DNA from: Eledone cirrhosa
Taxonomy: Eukaryota
Direction: 5' to 3'
Length of the DNA: 64,000 nt
NCBI GenBank assembly: GCA_964016885.1
Contig: OZ024740.1
Coordinates: 307,892,001 to 307,956,000, forward strand
Shown here one piece after another: positions 28,201 through 41,311 of this stretch (positions are counted from its first letter, which is position 1; each line of letters begins with the position of its first letter). Under the pieces are notes generated by a model. That model was not told the DNA's origin. It ran no database searches and was given only the letters and a program-made list of their open reading frames with translations. The translations under genes were made by a program, and so were the position numbers.

Positions 28201-31200
28201 GGAGGGGCTTGGCCTTGATTATATTTTTGCTCTGCTATATCTGGAGAGAGGGGCTTGGCCTTGATTATATTTTTGCTCTGCTATAACTGGAGGAAGGGGC
28301 TTGGCCTTGAATATATTTTTGCTCTGCTATATCTGGAGGGAGGGGCTTGGCCTTGATTATATTTTTGCTCTGCTATATCTGGAGGGAGGGGCTTGGCCTT
28401 GATTATATTTTTGCTCTGCTATATCTGGAGGGAGGGGCTTGGCCTTGATTATATTTTTGCCCTGCTATATCTGGAGGAAGGGGCTTGGCCTTGATTATAT
28501 TTTTGCTCTGCTATATCTGGAGGAAGGGGCTGGACCTTGATTATATTTTTGCTCTGCTATATCTGGAGGGAGGGGCTTGGTCTTGATTATATTTTTGCTC
28601 TGCTATATCTGGGGGAAGGGGCTTGGCCTTGATTATATTTTTGCTCTGCTATATCTGGAGGGAGAGGCTTGGCCTTGATTATATTTTTGCTCTGCTATAT
28701 CTGGAGGGAGGGGCTTGGCCTTGATTATATTTTTGCTCTGCTATATCTGGGGGAAGGGGCTTGGCCTTGATTATATTTTTGCTCTGCTATATCTGGAGGG
28801 AGAGGCTTGGCCATGATTATATTTTTCCTCTGCTATAACTGGAGAGAGGAGCTTGGCCTTGATTATATTTTTGCTCTGCTATATCTGGAGGAAGGGGCTT
28901 GGCCTTGATTATATTTTTGCTCTGCTATATCTGGAGGGAGGGGCTTGGCCTTGATTATATTTTTGCTCTGCTATATTTGGAGGAAGGGGCTTGGCCTTGA
29001 TTATATTTTTGCTCTGCTATATCTGGAGGGAGAGGCTTGGCGTTGATTATATTTATGCTCTGCTATATCTTGAGGAAGGGGCTTGACCTTGATTATATTT
29101 TCGCTCTGCTATATCTGGAGGGAGGGGCTTGGCCTTGAATATATTTTTGCTCTGCTATATCTGGAGGGGGGGGGGGCTTGGCCTTGATTATATTTTTGCC
29201 CTGCTATATCTGGAGGAAGGGGCCTGGCCTTGATTATATTTTTCCTCTGCTATATCTGGAGAGAGGGGCTTGGCCTTGATTATATTTTTGCTCTGCTATA
29301 ACTGGAGGAAGGGGCTTGGCCTTGAATATATTTTTGCTCTGCTATATCTGGAGGGAGGGGCTTGGCCTTGATTATATTTTTGCTTTGCTATATCTGGGGG
29401 AAGGGGCTTGGCCTTGATTATATTTTTGCTCTGCTATATCTGGAGGGAGGGGCTTGGCCTTGATTATATTTTTGCTCTGCTATATCTGGAGGAAGTGGCT
29501 TGGCCTTGATTATATTTTGCTCTGCTATATCTGGAGGGAGGGGCTTGGCCTTGATTATATTTTTGCTCTGCTATATCTGGAGGGAGGGGCTTGGCCTTGA
29601 TTATATTTTTGCTCTGCTATATCTGGAGGGAGGGGCTTGGCCTTGATTATATTTTTGCTCTGCTATATCTGGAGGGAGGGGCTTGGCCTTGATTATATTT
29701 TTGCTCTGCTATATCTGGAGGGAGGGGCTTGGCCTTGAATATATTTTTGCTCTGCTATATCTGGAGGGAGGGGCTTGGCCTTGATTATATTCTTGCTCTG
29801 CTATATCTGGAGGAAGGGGCTTGGCCTTGAATATATTTTTGCTCTGCTATATCTGGAGGGAGGGGCTTGGCCTTGATTATATTTTTGCTCTGCTATATCT
29901 GGAGGGAGGGGCTTGGCCTTGATTATATTTTTGCTCTGCTATATCTGGAGGGAGGAGCTTGGCCTTGATTATATTTTTGCCCTGCTATATCTGGAGGAAG
30001 TGGCTTGGCCTTGATTATATTTTTGCTCTGCTATATCTGGAGGAAGGGGCTGGACCTTGATTATATTTTTGCTCTGCTATATCTGGAGGGAGGGGCTTGG
30101 TCTTGATTATATTTTTGCTCTGCTATATCTGGGGGAAGGGGCTTGGCCTTGATTATATTTTTGCTCTCCTATATCTGGAGGGAGAGGCTTGGCCTTGATT
30201 ATATTTTTGCTCTGCTATATCTGGAGGGAGGGGCTTGGCCTTGATTATATTTTTGCTCTGCTATATCTGGAGGGAGGGGCTTGGCCCTGAATATATTTTT
30301 GCTCTGCTATATCTGGAGGAAGGGGCTTGGCCTTGATTATATTTTTGCTCTGCTATATCTGGGGGAAGGGGCTTGGCCTTGATTATATTTTTGCTCTGCT
30401 ATATCTGGAGGGAGAGGCTTGGCCATGATTATATTTTTGCTCTGCTATATCTGGAGGGAGGGGCTTGGCCTTGATTATATTTTTGCTCTGCTATATCTGG
30501 AGGGAGGGGCTTGGCCTTGATTATATTTTTGCTCTGCTATATCTGGAGGAAGGGGCTTGGCCTTGATTATATTTTTGCTCTGCTATATCTGGAGGGAGGG
30601 GCTTGGCCTTGAATATATTTTTGCTCTGCTATATCTGGAGGGAGGGGCTTGGCCTTGATTCTATTTTTGCTCTGCTATATCTGGAGGGAGGGGCTTGGCC
30701 TTGATCATATTTTTGCTCTGCTATATCTGGAGGAAGGGGCTTGGCCTTGATTATATTTTTGCTCTGCTATATCTGGAGGGAGGGGCTTGGCCTTGAATAT
30801 ATTTTTGCTCTGCTATATCGGGAAGGAAGGGCTTGGCCTTGATTATATTTTTGCTCTGCTATATCTGGAGGAAGGGGCTTGGCCTTGATTATATTTTTGC
30901 TCTGCTATATCTGGAGGGAGGGGCTTGGCCTTGATTATATTTTTGCTCTGCTATATCTGGAGGGAGGGGCTTGGCCTTGATTATATTTTTGCTCTGTTAT
31001 ATCTGGAGGGAGGGGCTTGGCCTTGATTATATTTTTGCTCTGCTATATCTGGAGGAAGGGGCTGGACCGTGATTATATTTTTTCTCTGCTATATCTGGGG
31101 GAAGGGGCTGGACCTTGATTATATATTTGCTCTGCTATATCTGGGGGAAGGGGCTGGACCTTGATTATATTTTTGCTCTGCTATATCTGGGGTAAGGGGC

Positions 31201-34200
31201 TGGACCATGATTATATTTTTGCCCTGCCATATCTGGAGGAAGGGGCTTGGCCTTGATTATATTTTTGCTCTGCTATATCTGGAGGAAGGGGCTTGGCCTT
31301 GATTACATTTTTGCCCTGCTATATCTGGAGGAAGGGGCTGGACCTGGATTATATTTTTGCCCTGCTATATCTGGTGGAAGGGGCTTGGCCTTGATTATAT
31401 TGTTGCTCTGCTTTTATCTCGAGGAAGGGGCTTGGCCTTGATTATATTTTTGCTCTGCTATATCTGGGGGAAGGGGCTTGGCCTTGATTATATTTTTGCT
31501 CTGCTATATCTGGAGGAAGGGGCTTGGCTTTGATTATATTTTTGTTCTGCTATATCTGGAGGAATGGGCTTGGCCTTGAATATATTTTTGCTCTGCTATA
31601 TCTGGAGGGAGGGGCTTGGCTTTGATTATATTTTTGCTTTGCTATATCTGGGGGAAGGGGCTTGGCCTTGATTATATTTTTGCTCGCTATATCTGGAGGG
31701 AGGGGCTTGGCCTCGATTATATTTTTGCTCTGCTATATCTGGAGGAAGGGGCTTGGCTTTGATTATATTTTTGTTCTGCTATATCTGGAGGAATGGGCTT
31801 GGCCTTGAATATATTTTTGCTCTGCTATATCTGGAGGGAGGGGCTTGGCTTTGATTATATTTTTGCTTTGCTATATCTGGGGGAAGGGGCTTGGCCTTGA
31901 TTATATTTTTGCTCGCTATATCTGGAGGGAGGGGCTTGGCCTTGATTATATTTTTGCTCTGCTATATCTGGAGAGAGGGGCTTGGCCTTGAATATATTTT
32001 TGCTCTGCCATATCTGGAGGGAGGGGCTTGGCCTTGATTATATTTTTGCTCTGCTATATCTGGAGGGAGGGGCTTGGCCTTGATTATATTTTTGCTCTGC
32101 TATATCTGGACGGAGGGGCTTGGCCTTGATTATATTTTTGCTCTGCTATATCTGGAGGGAGGGGCTTGGCCTTGATTATATTTTTGCTCTGCTATATCTG
32201 GAGGGAGGGGCTTGGCCTTGATTATATTTTTGCTCTGCTATATCTGGAGGAAGGGGCTTGGCCTTGATTATATTTTTGCTCTGCTATATCTGGAGGGAGG
32301 GGCTTGGCCTTGATTATATTTTTGCTCTGCTATATCTGGAGGGAGGGGCTTGGCCTTGATTATATTTTTGCTCTGCTTTATTTGGAGGAAGGGGCTTGGC
32401 CTTGATTATATTTTTGCTCTGCTATATCTGGAGGGAGAGGCTTGGCCTTGATTATATTTATGCTCTGCTATATCTGGAGGAAGGGGCTTGGCCTTGATTA
32501 TATTTTCGCTCTGCTATATCTGGAGGGAGGGGCTTGGCTTGAATATATTTTTGCTCTGCTATATCTGGAGGGGGGGGGGGGCTTGGCCTTGATTATATTT
32601 TTGCTCTGCTATATCTGGAGGGAGGGGCTTGGCCTTGATTATATTTTTGCCCTGCTATATCTGGAGGAAGGGGCTTGGCCTTGATTATATTTTTGCTCTG
32701 CTATATCTGGAGGGAGGGGCTTGGCCTTGATTATATTTTTGCTTTGCTATATCTGGGGGAAGGGGCTTGGCCTTGATTATATTTTTGCTCTGCTATATCT
32801 GGAGGGAGGGGCTTGGCCTTGATTATATTTTTGCTCTGCTATATCTGGAGGAAGGGGCTTGGCCTTGATTATATTTTGCTCTGCTATATCTGGAGGGAGG
32901 GGCTTGGCCTTGATTATATTTTTGCTCTGCTATATCTGGAGGGAGGGGCTTGGCCTTGATTATATTTTTGCTCTGCTATATCTGGAGGGAGGGGCTTGGC
33001 CTTGATTATATTTTTGCTCTGCTATATCTGGAGGGAGGGGCTTGGCCTTGATTATATTTTTGCTCTGCTATATCTGGAGGGAGGGGCTTGGCCTTGATTA
33101 TATTTTTGCTCTGCTATATCTGGAGGGAGGGGCTTGGCCTTGATTATATTTTTGCTCTGCTATATCTGGAGAGAGGGGCTTGGCCTTGATTATATTTTTG
33201 CTCTGCTATAACTGGAGGAAGGGGCTTGGCCTTGAATATATTTTTGCTCTGCTATATCTGGAGGGAGGGGCTTGGCCTTGATTATATTTTTGCTCTGCTA
33301 TATCTGGAGGGAGGGGCTTGGCCTTGATTATATTTTTGCTCTGCTATATCTGGAGGGAGGGGCTTGGCCTTGATTATATTTTTGCCCTGCTATATCTGGA
33401 GGAAGGGGCTTGGCCTTGATTATATTTTTGCTCTGCTATATCTGGAGGAAGGGGCTGGACCTTGATTATATTTTTGCTCTGCTATATCTGGAGGGAGGGG
33501 CTTGGTCTTGATTATATTTTTGCTCTGCTATATCTGGGGGAAGGGGCTTGGCCTTGATTATATTTTTGCTCTGCTATATCTGGAGGGAGAGGCTTGGCCT
33601 TGATTATATTTTTGCTCTGCTATATCTGGAGGGAGGGGCTTGGCCTTGATTATATTTTTGCTCTGCTATATCTGGGGGAAGGGGCTTGGCCTTGATTATA
33701 TTTTTGCTCTGCTATATCTGGAGGGAGAGGCTTGGCCATGATTATATTTTTCCTCTGCTATAACTGGAGAGAGGAGCTTGGCCTTGATTATATTTTTGCT
33801 CTGCTATATCTGGAGGAAGGGGCTTGGCCTTGATTATATTTTTGCTCTGCTATATCTGGAGGGAGCGGCTTGGCCTTGATTATATTTTTGCTCTGCTATA
33901 TTTGGAGGAAGGGGCTTGGCCTTGATTATATTTTTGCTCTGCTATATCTGGAGGGAGAGGCTTGGCGTTGATTATATTTATGCTCTGCTATATCTTGAGG
34001 AAGGGGCTTGACCTTGATTATATTTTCGCTCTGCTATATCTGGAGGGAGGGGCTTGGCCTTGAATATATTTTTGCTCTGCTATATCTGGAGGGGGGGGGG
34101 GCTTGGCCTTGATTATATTTTTGCCCTGCTATATCTGGAGGAAGGGGCCTGGCCTTGATTATATTTTTCCTCTGCTATATCTGGAGAGAGGGGCTTGGCC

Positions 34201-36318
34201 TTGATTATATTTTTGCTCTGCTATAACTGGAGGAAGGGGCTTGGCCTTGAATATATTTTTGCTCTGCTATATCTGGAGGGAGGGGCTTGGCCTTGATTAT
34301 ATTTTTGCTTTGCTATATCTGGGGGAAGGGGCTTGGCCTTGATTATATTTTTGCTCTGCTATATCTGGAGGGAGGGGCTTGGCCTTGATTATATTTTTGC
34401 TCTGCTATATCTGGAGGAAGTGGCTTGGCCTTGATTATATTTTGCTCTGCTATATCTGGAGGGAGGGGCTTGGCCTTGATTATATTTTTGCTCTGCTATA
34501 TCTGGAGGGAGGGGCTTGGCCTTGATTATATTTTTGCTCTGCTATATCTGGAGGGAGGGGCTTGGCCTTGATTATATTTTTGCTCTGCTATATCTGGAGG
34601 GAGGGGCTTGGCCTTGATTATATTTTTGCTCTGCTATATCTGGAGGGAGGGGCTTGGCCTTGAATATATTTTTGCTCTGCTATATCTGGAGGGAGGGGCT
34701 TGGCCTTGATTATATTCTTGCTCTGCTATATCTGGAGGAAGGGGCTTGGCCTTGAATATATTTTTGCTCTGCTATATCTGGAGGGAGGGGCTTGGCCTTG
34801 ATTATATTTTTGCTCTGCTATATCTGGAGGGAGGGGCTTGGCCTTGATTATATTTTTGCTCTGCTATATCTGGAGGGAGGAGCTTGGCCTTGATTATATT
34901 TTTGCCCTGCTATATCTGGAGGAAGTGGCTTGGCCTTGATTATATTTTTGCTCTGCTATATCTGGAGGAAGGGGCTGGACCTTGATTATATTTTTGCTCT
35001 GCTATATCTGGAGGGAGGGGCTTGGTCTTGATTATATTTTTGCTCTGCTATATCTGGGGGAAGGGGCTTGGCCTTGATTATATTTTTGCTCTCCTATATC
35101 TGGAGGGAGAGGCTTGGCCTTGATTATATTTTTGCTCTGCTATATCTGGAGGGAGGGGCTTGGCCTTGATTATATTTTTGCTCTGCTATATCTGGAGGGA
35201 GGGGCTTGGCCCTGAATATATTTTTGCTCTGCTATATCTGGAGGAAGGGGCTTGGCCTTGATTATATTTTTGCTCTGCTATATCTGGGGGAAGGGGCTTG
35301 GCCTTGATTATATTTTTGCTCTGCTATATCTGGAGGGAGAGGCTTGGCCATGATTATATTTTTGCTCTGCTATATCTGGAGGGAGGGGCTTGGCCTTGAT
35401 TATATTTTTGCTCTGCTATATCTGGAGGGAGGGGCTTGGCCTTGATTATATTTTTGCTCTGCTATATCTGGAGGAAGGGGCTTGGCCTTGATTATATTTT
35501 TGCTCTGCTATATCTGGAGGGAGGGGCTTGGCCTTGAATATATTTTTGCTCTGCTATATCTGGAGGGAGGGGCTTGGCCTTGATTCTATTTTTGCTCTGC
35601 TATATCTGGAGGGAGGGGCTTGGCCTTGATCATATTTTTGCTCTGCTATATCTGGAGGAAGGGGCTTGGCCTTGATTATATTTTTGCCCTGCTATATCTG
35701 GAGGAAGGGGCTTGGCCTTCATTATATTTTTGCCCTGCTATATCTGGAGGAAGGGGCTGGACCTTGATTATATTTTTGCCCTGCTATATCTGGAGGAAGG
35801 GGCTTGGCCTTGATTATATTGTTGCTCTGCTTTTATCTGGAGGAAGGGGTTTGGCCTTGATTATATTTTTGCTCTGCTATATCTGGGGGAAGGGGCTTGG
35901 CCTTGATTATATTTTTGCTCTGTTATATCTGGAGGGAGGGGATGGACCTTGATTATATTTTTGCTCTGCTATATCTGGAGGGAGGGGCTTGGCCTTGATT
36001 ATATTTTTGCTCTGCTATATCTGGAGGAAGGGGCTGGACCTTGATTATATTTTTGCCCTGCTATATCTGGAGGAAGGGGCTTGGCCTTGATTATATTTTT
36101 GCTCTGCTATATCTGGGGGAAGAGGCTGGACCTTGATTATATTTTTACCCTGCTATATCTGGAGGAAGGGGCTTGGCCTTGATTATATTTTTGCCCTGCT
36201 ACATCTGGAGGAAGGGGCTTGGCCTTGATTATATTTTTGCCCTGCTATATCTGGAGGAATGGGCTGGACCTTGATTATATTTTCGCCCTGCTATATCTGA
36301 AGGAAGGGATTGGCCTTG
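7203..36318. repeat. 46-bp tandem satellite array, about 630 units, with higher-order repeats
   Basis: Consensus TTTTTGCTCTGCTATATCTGGAGGGAGGGGCTTGGCCTTGATTATA, period 46 (GCT at 7208 and 7254), uninterrupted over about 29.1 kb. Diagnostic variants recur at 827/1057/1103, 2440, 2711-2757 and 7362-7365 bp. Confidence 0.99.
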
Positions 36319-36319
36319 G

Positions 36320-37062
36320 TTAGTTGCAGGCTATCAAAGATTAAATTAATACTGTTGATGTTCAGTTTAAATTGTTGTAGAAGAATGTTCTGGTGAAGAA
36401 AGACTGGCTATAGTGGTTATTGTGGGGACTGGTGGGTTGGATACAATATCGGTGAAGAGAAGAGAAGAGATAAGTGAGGCAGGAGTGTTTGAGTAAAGGT
36501 GGTATCAGGTTAGAAGGATCTGAGGAGTAGGGGTCATTTTAGGATTGGTAGAAATATGGGCCATAAACTGGAACATATCTGTTAGTGGTCTTATGCCAAT
36601 CAGATCAGTGGCTTTTTTTCTGGATGCAATCTAAGTAGTTTGAATGTGTGGCAGCAGAACTGCTACTCCATTGTGAGTCTTACCTGAGCTTTGTAGTGGG
36701 TTAGAAGTTGTTGGGGTTTGAAGTATTTTCTCGCTCTGAAGAAATATTTAGGATGTATGTTTGCTATAAGAGATCCTCAATGTTAGTGCGGTCTAGTGCT
36801 GTTCATGTTTAACCCTTTAGTATTTACATTACCCTATATTTACTATTGTATTTTCAGAGTAAAGGCTTTACCTCACATAATTATCTCACATAATATTGAA
36901 GCTATGAGATTTTGATATTATCTATTTCAAGAACAATACCTTAATATCAGTATGAGTGGTCAGTTACAGCCGGTTTGAACAGAAAGAGGTGAGAAAATTC
37001 TGGCCAGATACAGTAAGTTTAAATACTAAAGGGTTAAGGGTGGTGAGGTGCAGTGAAGTTCT
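36320..37062 (-). mobile_element. CR1/L2/Jockey-type LINE, ORF2 C-terminal relic abutting the satellite and interrupted by a MITE
   Basis: Minus strand: FFRARKYFKPQQLLTHYKAQVRLTME..SSAATHSNYLDCIQKKATDLIG..SNLIPPLLKHS..NNHYSQSFFTRT..LQQFKLNINSINL, the typical post-RT tail of these LINEs. Confidence 0.75.
36809..37037. mobile_element. piggyBac-type MITE, copy 1
   Basis: TTAA|CCCTTTAGTATTTA ... TAAATACTAAAGGG|TTAA: perfect 14-bp terminal inverted repeats (TIRs) with a TTAA target-site duplication (TSD). Confidence 0.9.
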
Positions 37063-37285
37063 AGTTCCTTACACATGCGACCAACAAAGCAAATTCATAA
37101 TAACAATAAAAATTAATTGGATCTTCCACTTATTTGGTTTCAGTCATTTGACTGGTTTGCAGTCATAGTTGAGCCACATCCTAATGAGTTTTGGCGATCA
37201 TATTGTTCCCAGCAAGTATTGCAATCTATTACTTATTTTATCATTCCCTACTTGTCAGATTACTATATTACAACACAAAAACAAG

Positions 37286-37287
<2 letters not shown>

Positions 37288-37350
<63 letters not shown>
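37288..37350. repeat. (CA)n microsatellite
   Basis: Direct reading. Confidence 0.95.
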
Positions 37351-37352
<2 letters not shown>

Positions 37353-38299
37353 AATATAAACATTGCATTTCTAATAATATAGTTACAATTATTATTTTCC
37401 AAGAAATTGTTCCCCTGACTGAGTCATCTCATTCTCAAGTAACATCAGGTACAAGCAAGTGACTTATATATTTTTAATTAGGCTGAAATATTACAAAATA
37501 CAGCTGAGATTTTCTTAAGTTATCTATTAGATGTAGATATTAGAAAATTGCATTAAATATAACATTCATGTTTAGAAGTAAATAAATGGTTGCCAACAAC
37601 CAGCCACAAAACAAGTTGTCATTGGTGGAATATCATATGACACTACTGTTTCTACAATCTACTACAATATAGAACATATATGAACCAATGAGGGAGCCTC
37701 TACGTGGTCCCTTGTCATACTATAAGTAGCAGCTAAACCTTCATTATATTCCACCAACTTAAAAACAGAAAGATATATTTAACTCTTAACATCCTGTAAT
37801 GATTTAACAGAAAATATCTAAAAACAAGTCTGTTAATTCAAATGCTTTTAATCTCTTTATTAATGGACAGATTGTTGTGAAAATTTGTAGCATTAAATCA
37901 AAGACTTTAATGTTTAAAGTGAATCAGTCATAGTGGCTGTTTTATACTTGGTTTCATGTGGAACAGGACATTGTGTATTATTCTATGTACTATACATATG
38001 CCTTTGACGAGTTGTAGTGCACCTGAGCACTTTACACAATAATTTCATTATTATCATTATTATTTATTAAGAGTTAACATTGTAATTTTAGAAAGATAGG
38101 ATAGTTGTGGCTGGGACACCTTCGGTTATATGACTGCTTGATCAGTGGTGACTTGAAGCTAGATGATAAGAACATTTTCTATAATTCTGTTGTGATATAC
38201 TAAGTCTGAGCTTTCTAAAAATATGTTCTCTGCTTTGTTAACTTTAACTGCAGAGTTATCAACACCCGTATTCTTTTCTTTTTTTTTGAAGGACAACTT

Positions 38300-38991
38300 C
38301 ACTGGTTAAGACAACAAAAAAGACGATCACAACTTTCTGAAAGTGTACAGAACCTGAGACAGGAAACAGAAAGATTAAGGCAAGAAGAAAGACTATCGCA
38401 ACAAACAGAGGTTCAATATGAAAATCACCAAGAGGCAATGAGAGTTGCGATGCAAACTTGACGAGAACAAAGGACTCTTCAAGGCAGAATCAACTGACTA
38501 AGAGCTGTGTTTTCATATGATCCATCGAAGAATTATAGAAATGATCCTAATGTCACGATTGGTAGCATGGATATTACATTTGGCATATGTTACTTAGGAA
38601 GAAAGGTCAGACTTCCACTGATAGAGGACCCTCCAGCTTTTATCCATATACTGCTTACAGACCATACTAACGAAGCTAAACACTTCAGTAGCAATGTTAT
38701 GTGGTATATTGCTGCGTTTCAGATGACGTACTTTGGAGCTGAAAAAGATCATACTGACTATCGTTATTTCACATTTAAAATCCGAGGCCAATGCTACCAT
38801 TTAATCAGCAGGTTACTCCCCCAGCCTAATAAGGAGGTTTTATGATTTTTTTTTTATGTCTCTCTCATACACACACGCATTACGGTTTCACCTCATACTG
38901 TAAACCAGACAACACATCCAATACAGTCGTTTTCTCTTTTATCCATCTTCTCTTAACTGTTTTCATGGGCGAAGCCTGATACCTCAGCTAG
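38300..38991 (+). mobile_element. Internally deleted Helitron (RepHel N-terminal fragment plus 3' terminus)
   Basis: ORF 38507-38845 FSYDPSKNY..VTIGSM..KVRLP..DPP..EAKHFSSNV..AAFQMTYFGA..TFKIRGQCYHLISRLLP resembles the RepHel N-terminus. The 3' end has GGC-GAA-GCC hairpin then CTAG|T at 38988-38992. The 5' end was not located. Confidence 0.8.
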
Positions 38992-39429
38992 TCATATATA
39001 AATGGCTGAAATGCTACAGCAAGTGCATTGAAGTTCAACCTACTTTGAAGGAGATTAGAGTTTTGTATTTCTTTGGAATTAATAAATGTCTCTCCTGAAA
39101 ATGTCTGACAACTTCTGGAATGCACCTCATAACATATGACACGAGAATGTGTTAACAAATGGTAGTTTCATAAGCAGAGAAATTTAACTAAGCAATAATT
39201 ACATTATATATGTTCATTCGTTAAGTGAATGAGGTCTGGGATCTTGTTGATTGACTGTTATATAGTTACTCTTCTAGTTTTCCACTATGTTGAGATCAAA
39301 TAGTTTTTAACATATCCCATAAACAACTTTGTTGAAAACCTTCCCAAAACCTTTCTATTATTATATGATTGATTAGTTAAGCAGTTATTTTAGCATCCAG
39401 TTGTAATGCTGATGCAGTTGTGTGAGCCA

Positions 39430-41300
39430 TCCTGTTTGAGGATACCCTGTTTGGTTTTGCTTAGCAAGCTATTTTCCTCCTATTTAATCTGCCATCTCTT
39501 TTATAGGAAGAGCATATTATTTTCTGTTAAATTTTAGGGGGCTGACCACTTTCAAGGAAGTTTCGGTCTGAAACAGAACTATATTCTCCAAGATAGACCA
39601 TAAACGGCTACTTCAAGCATGGCTGAAAAAATATGGCAAACAGAAGAGGATCAAGACTCACCCCTTTTTAGTACTATTTATCACATTAAAATCATTAGGT
39701 TGTTTTCCATTTGATTCCATAGAGACTTTCTTACTTTAAAGAAAAAAATTGATGATATTTAGCAGCTTTTCAAGAACAACCAATTTTATCAGAATCTTCT
39801 ACAAGGCATACCTTAGTGTAGTAGCATGTCTTGGTAAGATCAACAAAGGTCACATAAAGTTCTTTATTTAATTCCTTGACATTTGTCTGTAATTGAAAGA
39901 GACAAGATTATGTTTATTGTTATTCAATGAAACTGAAAACCCACACAAATTCTTGGAACATATAAAGTCCACAAAACTTAAACTGAGATTGTCTAAAATG
40001 ATACAAACATTTTCCTAGAAACAAGCAAGCAGAGAGATACCCTCTATAGTTGTCATGTTTACACCTCTCAAATTTGTTTTAAAACAAAAGGTCTATAAGA
40101 GCTTATTTTAACTTCTGTGGTACAGAATCGTTTTCCAATAACAACATCAAAAGTTATATCAGCTTATAAATGAACTATATTGTTACCATACAAAGCAGAA
40201 ACGCCTCAATCACCATTTTCTACTTTGTGGTTCATTTTACCTTTGCTAAGGTTGTAATGGAAGCAAGAGAATCCATTACTAGTCTATGTATCAGATGTGC
40301 CCTATATATATTCACAGTTATTGTATCTCAAGGTAATTTTCATCAAACCAATTCTATTTTTTTGTAATAAACAAATCTAAAGATTTCCTTGAAGACTTAT
40401 AGATCCTATCGCCAAAGCTCAACATAATTTTAAAAAGCTATTATAATGCAGAAAAAGTCACATGCAACTGTTTTTTTTTTTTTTATCTTAGTGACATTAA
40501 TTTTCCTACACATTGCTTTCTAAGTGTTATACTAATGGTAGCAGCATCTTGCTAATACTAGATAATAAGAAACTATCAGCAAACCAATATTTTCCTGCTT
40601 TGTAAGATTGAGAGAGTTTCACATTCTTACAATCAGAGCCTCCAAGAGAAATTTTGCAAGGCGGTACAAGATCCCTTTGGGGCCCGAGGCACGCAAAGAT
40701 TTTTTTTTCAAAATGGATGTAGCATGGTTGCTGTGGGGCCTTCTTAGCTCTTGGGCCCAGGAAAAAAGTACCAGGTGCACCCCCCTCTCACTGGCTCTGC
40801 TTATTATAGCAATAATGAACACTCTTATAATCAAGCAGATAGTAAAGTCTTGATTTATACCTATTAACTTGATATAATAAGTTATTTGTGATGGAAAGGT
40901 AAATTCATTGCACAGACTATTTGAGTTAACCAAACCTATAAGATGGCTGCCATGAATATATGAAGTTATTATGACCCACATCTGCTTTGAAATTTCTTGC
41001 CAGATAAATAATTCTGTGATGTTGAATTCTTCTTGAAATGTCTTGCAGATCTCAAGAAAATCTCTCTTTGATATTCTCTGTACATGTAAGAATTGGGGCA
41101 TGAACACTTCTAAGAGATGCATGCCTATTGTAAACTATTGGAATATGAAAATTCTTCATTAACACCAATAGGTAGATATACTACAAATTTGGCAATGTCA
41201 TATTTCATTGCAGAACCAACTTTAAAATTACATTTCTTTTTAAAATACTTGTGAAATATGTTTTTACTTTCAGCCTTATCAAGTTCTCCTGAGTGTGGCA
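39430..41300 (-). mobile_element. Ancient RTE (BovB-like) LINE relic, endonuclease-linker-RT region
   Basis: Minus-strand fragments NWFDENYLEIQ (cf. DWFDENDxEIQ) and QLQ..CQ..NKELYVTFVDLTK (RT); many stops and frameshifts. Confidence 0.65.
40634..40799. mobile_element. hAT-type MITE inserted in the RTE relic
   Basis: TIRs CAGAGCC / GGCTCTG; imperfect 8-bp TSD CTTACAAT (40626-40633) vs CTTATTAT (40800-40807); internal GGGCCC motifs. Confidence 0.7.
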
Positions 41301-41311
41301 ATTTAGTCACA

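Noticed and set aside
8338-35952. Dozens of 62-110 aa ORFs (MALIIFLLCYIW...) within the array
   Set aside because: The unit length of 46 is not a multiple of 3, and the consensus hits a stop every 138 bp on the plus strand and more often on the minus strand. The ORFs start at non-ATG codons and appear only where indels or point variants skip a stop.
7203-36318. CRISPR-like array or ribozyme/retrozyme tandem
   Set aside because: There are no unique spacers, the context is eukaryotic, and the monomer has no CUGANGA/GAAA core on either strand.
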